Assembly: GCA_038217285.1 (NCBI GenBank) | Contig: JBBQPO010000339.1 | Location: 1-5,587, forward strand | Direction: 5' to 3' | From: Chthonomonadales bacterium | GTDB lineage: Bacteria; Armatimonadota; Chthonomonadetes; Chthonomonadales; Chthonomonadaceae | DNA length: 5,587 nucleotides | Shown here: positions 1 through 5,158 of the stretch, piece after piece | How the letters are laid out: each line of letters opens with the position of its first letter | Position numbering within the stretch: the stretch's first letter is position 1 | The notes under the pieces: model-generated | Told to the model about the DNA's origin: nothing | The model's database searches: none | Seen by the model: the letters and a program-made list of their open reading frames with translations, nothing else | Position numbers and translations under genes: made by a program

Positions 1-234
1 AAACACCTCGTGACACGGTTTGCCCTGCGCCTCTTCTTCGTTCCAGCCGGTGAGCGTGACGGCCACCCGGTTCATAAATGTGACGAAGCCCTGGGCATCC
101 GTCGCGATGACCGCGTCGCCGATGTTTTCGAGCGTGGTGAACAGCCACTCCTCACTCTCCCCAATGGTCTTGGCAGAACGGGGGTGGGTTCGAGCCTTCT
201 GCTTGGTTTCTGTGGGGTTGGGCTTGTTTTGCAT
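1..234 (-). CDS. PAS-domain signal-transduction protein, N-terminal 78 aa only (continues beyond the left edge); output domain unknown (histidine kinase or diguanylate cyclase possible)
   Basis: Manual minus-strand translation from ATG at 234: [78 protein letters not shown], with no stop before the edge. It matches the classic PAS S-box start (ESE..TLE.IGDAVI.TD..G.V.FMN..A..LTGW...EA.GK). The RBS is weak, so the start codon is less certain. Confidence 0.9.
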   Translation of the reverse strand, partial: MQNKPNPTETKQKARTHPRSAKTIGESEEWLFTTLENIGDAVIATDAQGFVTFMNRVAVTLTGWNEEEAQGKPCHEVF

Positions 235-296
235 AGTCTTCGAGGGAACTTTCCGGCTTTCGCCAGCAATGCAAGCGTACCAGGAAAGGAGGGGTG

Positions 297-401
297 TCAG
301 AGAGTGACGGCAAGGTCGTCCGTGACGGAAGTCACGCCCGGAGCAGACCAGGCGGCCATGACAGCCTCGTCCCGCTCCGAAAAGGAGGATACGCTTCCAC
401 T
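297..401 (-). pseudogene. C-terminal remnant of a BON-domain (OsmY-like) protein gene
   Basis: Minus strand reads [34 protein letters not shown], matching the BON C-terminal pattern (L.G.V.SW.E+..A..AAW.APGV..V.N.L.V). Upstream of about 401-410 the frame loses BON similarity and runs into promoter sequence, and there is no credible start or RBS. Confidence 0.75.
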
Positions 402-446
402 AGTATAGACAGGTAGGAGGAAAGAAACATCCGCCAAATGGCCGAT
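402..446 (-). promoter_or_regulatory. Leftward promoter: palindromic operator (429-446), 21-bp spacer, -10 box TATACT (407-402)
   Basis: 429-446 is ATCCGCCAAATGGCCGAT, one mismatch to the consensus palindrome. On the minus strand a 21-nt spacer (428-408) is followed by TATACT. The spacing equals that upstream of both usp genes. Confidence 0.7.
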
Positions 447-565
447 TGTGCATCTATCCTTCTCCTGCCTCCGCCTCGACAGCCGATCAATCCTGCTGGA
501 TTGTATATGCGATGACAACTACATCTTCAACAGAACCCTTTCCAGGCCAGTGAGAAAGAGGAGAG

Positions 566-583
566 ATCTGCGAAACGGCGGAT
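566..583. promoter_or_regulatory. Degenerate or auxiliary copy of the 18-bp operator
   Basis: ATCTGCGAAACGGCGGAT. Its reverse complement with flank is CACAATCCGCCGTTTCGCAGAT, versus CACAATCCGCCATTTCGCGGAT at 1704-1725 (20/22 identical). No -10 box at 21 bp on either side. Confidence 0.55.
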
Positions 584-662
584 TGTGGCGCTTGAAGAGC
601 AGGCGTCAACGCCGGGGCTTCCAACGTGTCAAGCGGGCCGTTGTCTGAGGCATAGGCTCTCA

Positions 663-707
663 ATCCGTCATTTGGCGGATGTGCGGACCTGTCTCCTGCG
701 CTACCAT
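663..707 (+). promoter_or_regulatory. Promoter of first usp gene: operator (663-680), 21-bp spacer, -10 box TACCAT (702-707)
   Basis: ATCCGTCATTTGGCGGAT, then GTGCGGACCTGTCTCCTGCGC (21 nt), then TACCAT. RBS GGAGG at 747-751 and ATG at 758. Confidence 0.7.
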
Positions 708-757
708 AGGCGTATGCATACCCTGGCGGTCTGAGGAAGCGTGTTCGGAGGAAAATA

Positions 758-1654
758 ATGTTCAAAACGATTCTTGTCTGTTCCGATGGTTCAGAGGCGG
801 CGCTTCAAGCGGCTCAGGCTGCCGTGTCGCTAGCCCGGAGGCATCCTTGCCGGGTAACGCTGTTGTATGTCCTGGATCTGCAGGTCGTTATCCACCCCTC
901 TATTGGAACCTTGGAAGGCCCACGAGAGGTCGCCCATTATCAGCAAAAGGCACGCGAAGTCGTAGAGGATCCCACAGCAAAGTTTTTCTGCGACGCCGAC
1001 GTACCTTATGAGTGGCGATTTGAGATCGGTCATCCTGTCGAAAAGATTCTGGAGGTCGCGAAAGAGCAGGGGGGCGACCTGATCGTAATCGGCACGCGGG
1101 GTCAGCGCGGATGGAAGCGGTTACTCCTGGGCAGCGTCTCTGAGGGCGTGCTGCACCACGCCTCGTGTGCAGTCCTGTTGGTAAACGGGAAGAGCGGCTT
1201 GCACGAATCAAAAGGTTTCGAGCATATCCTGCTCGCTTCCGATGGATCCGCAAGCGCCGACAGGGCTGCTCTCGTGGCGGTGGAGATCGCACAGACGTTC
1301 GCCACCTCCCTGCGGGCGCTCAATGTCGTGGAGCCGTTCTCGTTCGGCCCGGTGCTGTCGGACGACGACTATACGCTCCTGACCAACTCGGATCCGGAAG
1401 TCGTGGCAAGTCACTATTTGGCGCATCTCCGGAGCTGCCTCGGCGGTGCGGTCGCCGACGCAGGCGTCTACTGTAGCTTCCACCAGGAGCGGGGACCGGC
1501 AGAGGATACGATCGTTCGTTTTGCGGAAGAGCATGGCACCGATCTGATCGTCATGGGCAGTCGCGGGCTGGGTGGCTTTGACCGGATGCTGCTGGGCAGC
1601 GTCTCCACCTATGTCGCGCATCACGCGACCTGCCCTGTGCTAATCATACGCTGA
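758..1654 (+). CDS. Universal stress protein with two tandem USP domains (298 aa)
   Basis: Two USP repeats: FKTILVCSDGS...GHP...DLIVIGTRGQRGWKRLLLGSVSEGVLHHASCAVLLV and FEHILLASDGS...DLIVMGSRGLGGFDRMLLGSVSTYVAHHATCPVLII. Both retain the ATP-binding G-2X-G-9X-GS motif. RBS GGAGG at 747-751. Confidence 0.97.
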   Translation: MFKTILVCSDGSEAALQAAQAAVSLARRHPCRVTLLYVLDLQVVIHPSIGTLEGPREVAHYQQKAREVVEDPTAKFFCDADVPYEWRFEIGHPVEKILEVAKEQGGDLIVIGTRGQRGWKRLLLGSVSEGVLHHASCAVLLVNGKSGLHESKGFEHILLASDGSASADRAALVAVEIAQTFATSLRALNVVEPFSFGPVLSDDDYTLLTNSDPEVVASHYLAHLRSCLGGAVADAGVYCSFHQERGPAEDTIVRFAEEHGTDLIVMGSRGLGGFDRMLLGSVSTYVAHHATCPVLIIR

Positions 1655-1707
1655 ACGCCCCGGCCCCTGCTACAGGAGTTGAAAAGGCCCATAGTATCTT
1701 GGGCACA

Positions 1708-1752
1708 ATCCGCCATTTCGCGGATGAAAACGGACCCCGCCTGCGCTAAAAT
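1708..1752 (+). promoter_or_regulatory. Promoter of second usp gene (probably a usp-acg operon): operator (1708-1725), 21-bp spacer, -10 box TAAAAT (1747-1752)
   Basis: ATCCGCCATTTCGCGGAT, then GAAAACGGACCCCGCCTGCGC (21 nt), then TAAAAT. RBS AGGAGGT at 1786-1792 and ATG at 1798. Confidence 0.72.
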
Positions 1753-1797
1753 GCACTATGCTTAGATTCGCGTCCCTTACCTTTCAGGAGGTATACC

Positions 1798-2565
1798 ATG
1801 TTTCACAAAATTCTTATCGGCTCGGATGGCTCCGAATGTGCGTGCAACGCCGCCCTGCTTGCTGCCGAGATCGCCAAGCGCTTCCAATCGCAGACGATCA
1901 TTGTCAGTCCTCTCTTAGCATCGTTGCTGCCGCCGTATCGAGTGATCCAGGAGTTGGGCCATCCGGTGGATGCTCTGCTTACGGTCGCAGAGAGCGAGCA
2001 GGCCGACCTGATCGTGGTGGGCAGTCAGGGGCTGACACGACTGAAAGAGTTTTTCCGGGGCAGCGTCTCTTCTGGCGTCCTGCATCATGCCCACTGCCCG
2101 GTGCTGGTCGAGCGAGGACCGGTAAAGCCTTTTGAGCGTATACTCTTGGCTTCCGACGGTTCTGCCGGATCGCAGAAAGCCGCCGCCGCCGCGTTCGCAC
2201 TCGCGAAGGGATTTGACGCCTGCCTGAGCGTTTTAAGTGTCAAGGAGCCTTCTGAACGGTTCCACGTGGAGGATGCCAATCCGCATGCCGTGAAGACGCC
2301 CGAAGAGTTGGACGAGAGGGACAAACGCTGGCAAGCCGTTGAAGAAAGCGTGCAGGCATCGGCAAAGGAGACAGCAGTTCCCTACCGTATCTGCGAGGAG
2401 CAAGGGCATGCCGGCGAGGCCATAGTGTGCTATGCCGATAATGGCAGATACGATCTGATCGTCATGGGCAGCCGGGGTCTGGGCGGGTTTGAGCGTTTGC
2501 TACTGGGCAGTGTCTCGGACCACGTGCTTCATCATGCCCATTGCTCGGTGTTGGTCGTACGCTGA
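1798..2565 (+). CDS. Universal stress protein with two tandem USP domains (255 aa); first domain has an apparent in-frame deletion of about 37 aa
   Basis: FHKILIGSDGS...GHP...DLIVVGSQGLTRLKEFFRGSVSSGVLHHAHCPVLV and FERILLASDGS...DLIVMGSRGLGGFERLLLGSVSDHVLHHAHCSVLVV. Strong RBS. The GHP motif is at residue 54 versus 91 in the upstream paralogue. Confidence 0.95.
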   Translation: MFHKILIGSDGSECACNAALLAAEIAKRFQSQTIIVSPLLASLLPPYRVIQELGHPVDALLTVAESEQADLIVVGSQGLTRLKEFFRGSVSSGVLHHAHCPVLVERGPVKPFERILLASDGSAGSQKAAAAAFALAKGFDACLSVLSVKEPSERFHVEDANPHAVKTPEELDERDKRWQAVEESVQASAKETAVPYRICEEQGHAGEAIVCYADNGRYDLIVMGSRGLGGFERLLLGSVSDHVLHHAHCSVLVVR

Positions 2566-2622
2566 CACACGGAGTGTGGGGCAGGAATCGCTCAAAACGA
2601 GCAGGAGAAAAGGAGGGGTCTT

Positions 2623-3645
2623 ATGAGTAATACAGATCCGTGGCAGATCAGCCCAGAGGACTTTCCCTGGCAAGGAGAACCTGCCGAGAGGCTGAAGTTC
2701 CTGGTCGGGTTCGCCATTCTGGCGCCTTCTGTGTACAACACGCAGCCCTGGATCTTCTCCGTCGACGGCGATACGATCCAGGTTTTTATAGACGCGACCC
2801 GCTGGCTGCAGTCCGGCGACAAAGACCAGCGCGACCTCCATCTGAGCGTCGGATGCGCGCTGGAGAACCTGCTGGTCGCCGCCTATCACTTCGGGTATCA
2901 ATGCCAGGTGGATTACTTTCCGAGTCCGGCTCATCCTATGTTGGCTGCGACTGTCCGGTTGACGGCCGGCAATGCGGGCGTTTCTCCTCGAGAAGACCCG
3001 CTCTTTGATGCGATCCTGCATCGAAGCACAGATCACCATATCTTTTCCGCCGAGCCCGTTCCACCCCACATGATCCATCAATTGACAGGATGCTGTACAA
3101 AAATGGGGATCGTACTCCATACAACCACTGATCGCGAACTCCTGCGGCACGTCGATGCGCTTACCCTCCAGGCGGACGCCGTCAAGTTCGCCGATCCTGC
3201 TTACAGGAAGGTGATTGCCTACTGCATCAAACAGGGAGTCTTCGACACAGACTGGCTCTTGACGAAGCTGTCCCAACTCGCGGCGAGTCATCTGCGGCAC
3301 ACCAGCAATCAAGTCAAAGAGGAGTTCCAGATTCTCAAGGGTGCGCCGGTGCTGGGAATCCTGGTTTCCGAAACAGACGACCCTCCGACGCAACTGAGGG
3401 TAGGTCAGGTTTTCGAGCGGATCTTCCTGACGTCCGTGTCGTTAGGACTGCGCGTGGAGCCTATCACGCACGTGTTGCAGGTGCCGGAGACCCGATCAGC
3501 ACTGGCAAAGCTTCCCCTGATAAACGGCCTCATTCCACAGATCCTGTTCCGACTGGGGGATGCGGCGGGTGACCTTACGCATACCCCGCGCCGCCCTGGC
3601 GAAGAGGTTTTGCGGGAGAGCGTCCCGATGGACGCGGGACGATAG
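2623..3645 (+). CDS. Acg-family FMN-binding oxidoreductase (nitroreductase superfamily), 340 aa
   Basis: Motifs LAPSVYNTQPW.F, D...R.L.LS.GCALENL.VAA...G, LF.AI..R.T, GQ.FER..L.....GL and PQIL.RLG......TPRRP are characteristic of Acg/Rv2032/Rv3131-like proteins. RBS AAGGAGG at 2610-2616. Confidence 0.92.
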   Translation: MSNTDPWQISPEDFPWQGEPAERLKFLVGFAILAPSVYNTQPWIFSVDGDTIQVFIDATRWLQSGDKDQRDLHLSVGCALENLLVAAYHFGYQCQVDYFPSPAHPMLAATVRLTAGNAGVSPREDPLFDAILHRSTDHHIFSAEPVPPHMIHQLTGCCTKMGIVLHTTTDRELLRHVDALTLQADAVKFADPAYRKVIAYCIKQGVFDTDWLLTKLSQLAASHLRHTSNQVKEEFQILKGAPVLGILVSETDDPPTQLRVGQVFERIFLTSVSLGLRVEPITHVLQVPETRSALAKLPLINGLIPQILFRLGDAAGDLTHTPRRPGEEVLRESVPMDAGR

Positions 3646-3746
3646 CGACGCAAGACCGACTCGAAAGTTCGATGCTCTCGGTTCGCGGTGGCCCGCCATT
3701 CGAAGGCGAGCATCTAATAGGCGGATCGCCTGCCAAAAAGAAGCCG

Positions 3747-3863
3747 ATGTTTTCCAAAATCCTTGTTTGTTCCGATGGCTCCGACTTCTCGCTGGCCGCC
3801 GCGCGCATAGGCGCTTCCATCGCAGGCCATTTTCGTTCGGAGGTTCTGGCCCTCAACGTGTTT
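3747..3863 (+). pseudogene. Truncated universal stress protein (first ~39 aa only); frame continues with an unrelated tail to a stop at 3929
   Basis: MFSKILVCSDGSDFSLAAARIGASIAGHFRSEVLALNVF aligns with the N-termini of both upstream USPs. After it the sequence is the antisense of the HD gene fragment. Confidence 0.88.
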
Positions 3864-4104
3864 CATTTTTCAAAACATCACCAGAGCGTTCAATCAAGGC
3901 ATCGTAGAGACGGGTGGCAACGTGCATGACGCCAAGAGAATGTTCAAATCGTGTGTGCATTGCTCCTGGATAAAGATAATCCGTCCAAGCGAGTTGCCGA
4001 AGACGTTGACAGGCGGGATGCGCCAGAATCTGCTTTTCCCATTCATCTACGACTATGAATCCGTGAACCGGGCATCGAAATTCATATTGGCGATTCCCAG
4101 CCAT
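3853..4104 (-). pseudogene. Truncated HD-domain phosphohydrolase (dNTP triphosphohydrolase, SAMHD1/YwfO-like), N-terminal ~81 aa only
   Basis: R(C)PVHGFI...E.QIL.HP..QRLR-QL....LYPGAMHTRFEHSLGVMH is the N-terminal signature of this family. The ORF stops before the LLHDxGH motif, whereas family members run several hundred aa. RBS AAGGAG at 4115-4110. Confidence 0.88.
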
Positions 4105-4115
4105 ACTCTCTCCTT

Positions 4116-4144
4116 ATTATAGCATATATTTGTCTACTATGCAA
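4116..4144 (-). promoter_or_regulatory. Near-consensus sigma70 promoter for the HD gene
   Basis: Minus strand: TTGCAT (4144-4139), 17 bp, TATAAT (4121-4116), with an extended -10 TGn (TGCTATAAT), in an AT-rich intergenic region. Confidence 0.65.
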
Positions 4145-4201
4145 TAGTTGGCCTTGAAAATGTGGAACGTCTCGGTTGTCTACTGTATACATGATGCAAT
4201 G

Positions 4202-4216
4202 GCGCGCATAGCGCGC
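4202..4216 (-). terminator. Possible hairpin downstream of oppC
   Basis: GCGCGC-ATA-GCGCGC, 13 nt past the oppC stop codon. There is no U-tract, so terminator function is doubtful. Confidence 0.25.
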
Positions 4217-4229
4217 TTGAGGCGGTCGG

Positions 4230-5156
4230 CTATTCGCGCAGGCGCGGGTCGAGGGCGTCGCGCAGGGCGTCCCCGAAGAAGTTGAAGGCCATGACGGTCA
4301 GGGCGAGCAACAGGCCGGGGGCTAGCAGCAGCAGGGGATGCGTCTCTTTGTAGACCAGGGCGTCTTCGATCATGCGCCCCCAGCTCGGAAAGGGAGGCTG
4401 AACGCCCAGGCCGAGGAACGACAGCGTGGCCTCCGCGAGAATGACGCCTGCGATGTCCTGCGTCACCTGCACGATGATCGGGCTGAGCAGGTTGGGCAGC
4501 AGGTGGCGGAGGATGATGTGGCGATCCTTCACGCCGATGGCGCGCGCTGCCTCGATATACTCCTTTTCCCGCAGGGCGAGCGCCTGCCCGCGCACCAGGC
4601 GGGCGAGGCCGGGCCAGCCGACGACCCCAAGCGCGAAGAACAGCACTACAAAACTGCTGGAAGCGGGCAGGGCCTGACTGCCGGAGCGCACGATCGCGGA
4701 GAGCATAATGGCCAGCAGGATGTCGGGGAAGGCGAACATCACATCGGTCAGGCGCATGAGCGCCGTGTCTGTCTTACCGCCGTAGTAGCCCGCCGCCAGC
4801 CCGAGCGTCACCCCGACCAGTATCTCCACGACGACAACGATGAGGGAGACGCCCAGCGACACGCGTGCCCCGTAGAGCAGACGGCTCAGAATATCCTCGC
4901 CCAGCCCGTCGGTACCCAGAGGGTGATGGCTGTCGGGTGGGGACGGGAGCGAGTTGTAGTTTTTGGTGTCCAGATAGTCGTAGGCGTAGTGCGTGAAGAG
5001 AGGCGCGCAGATCGCGACGAGCACGAGGAGAACGATAAAGAGCCCACTGACCACGGCAACAGGGTTGCGGCGCAGCCGCCGCCACGCCTCCGCGCCAGGA
5101 CTCAGGCTCTTGCGGGCAGTCAGAAGAACAGGTTGGGATTCGGGAAGAGCGGCCAT
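4230..5156 (-). CDS. oppC: Oligopeptide/dipeptide ABC transporter permease (OppC/DppC family), 308 aa
   Basis: N-terminal AWRRLRRNPVA, HPLGTDGLGEDILSRLLYGARVSL, EAA loop (EYIEAARAIG...ILRHLLPN), EATLSFLGLG..PP.PSWG, and C-terminal FNFFGDALRDALDPR. Starts 2 nt after the oppB stop. Substrate (Opp, Dpp or Nik type) cannot be resolved. Confidence 0.97.
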   Translation of the reverse strand: MAALPESQPVLLTARKSLSPGAEAWRRLRRNPVAVVSGLFIVLLVLVAICAPLFTHYAYDYLDTKNYNSLPSPPDSHHPLGTDGLGEDILSRLLYGARVSLGVSLIVVVVEILVGVTLGLAAGYYGGKTDTALMRLTDVMFAFPDILLAIMLSAIVRSGSQALPASSSFVVLFFALGVVGWPGLARLVRGQALALREKEYIEAARAIGVKDRHIILRHLLPNLLSPIIVQVTQDIAGVILAEATLSFLGLGVQPPFPSWGRMIEDALVYKETHPLLLLAPGLLLALTVMAFNFFGDALRDALDPRLRE

Positions 5157-5158
5157 CG

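Noticed and set aside
10..408. Plus-strand ORFs 10..408 and 20..307, and minus-strand ORF 72..269
   Set aside because: Shadow frames of the minus-strand PAS gene and BON remnant, with no recognisable motifs.
297..518. 73-aa minus-strand ORF as an intact small protein
   Set aside because: Only the last ~34 aa are BON-like. The N-terminal part runs through the operator and -10 box and has no clear RBS.
428..683. Inverted repeats at 428-448 and 661-681 as ends of a MITE or IS remnant
   Set aside because: Each repeat is itself palindromic, further copies occur at 566 and 1708, no target-site duplication is evident, and the fixed spacing to -10 boxes fits operators better.
448..765. ORFs 448..648 (+) and 487..765 (-)
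   Set aside because: They overlap regulatory sites and have no convincing RBS or domain similarity.
1540..2471. Exact 21-bp repeat CGATCTGATCGTCATGGGCAG at 1540-1560 and 2451-2471
   Set aside because: It encodes the conserved DLIVMGS motif of paralogous USP domains. It is not a CRISPR repeat, mobile-element repeat or DGR template.
2500..3393. 297-aa minus-strand ORF
   Set aside because: Antisense shadow of the Acg gene, with no recognisable family.
3672..3929. 85-aa ORF as a complete gene
   Set aside because: USP similarity starts at ATG 3747 and ends near 3863. The remainder is intergenic sequence and antisense HD sequence.
4183..4198. Possible LexA box starting CTGTATA
   Set aside because: The right half is not ACAG (sequence is CTGTATACATGATGCA).
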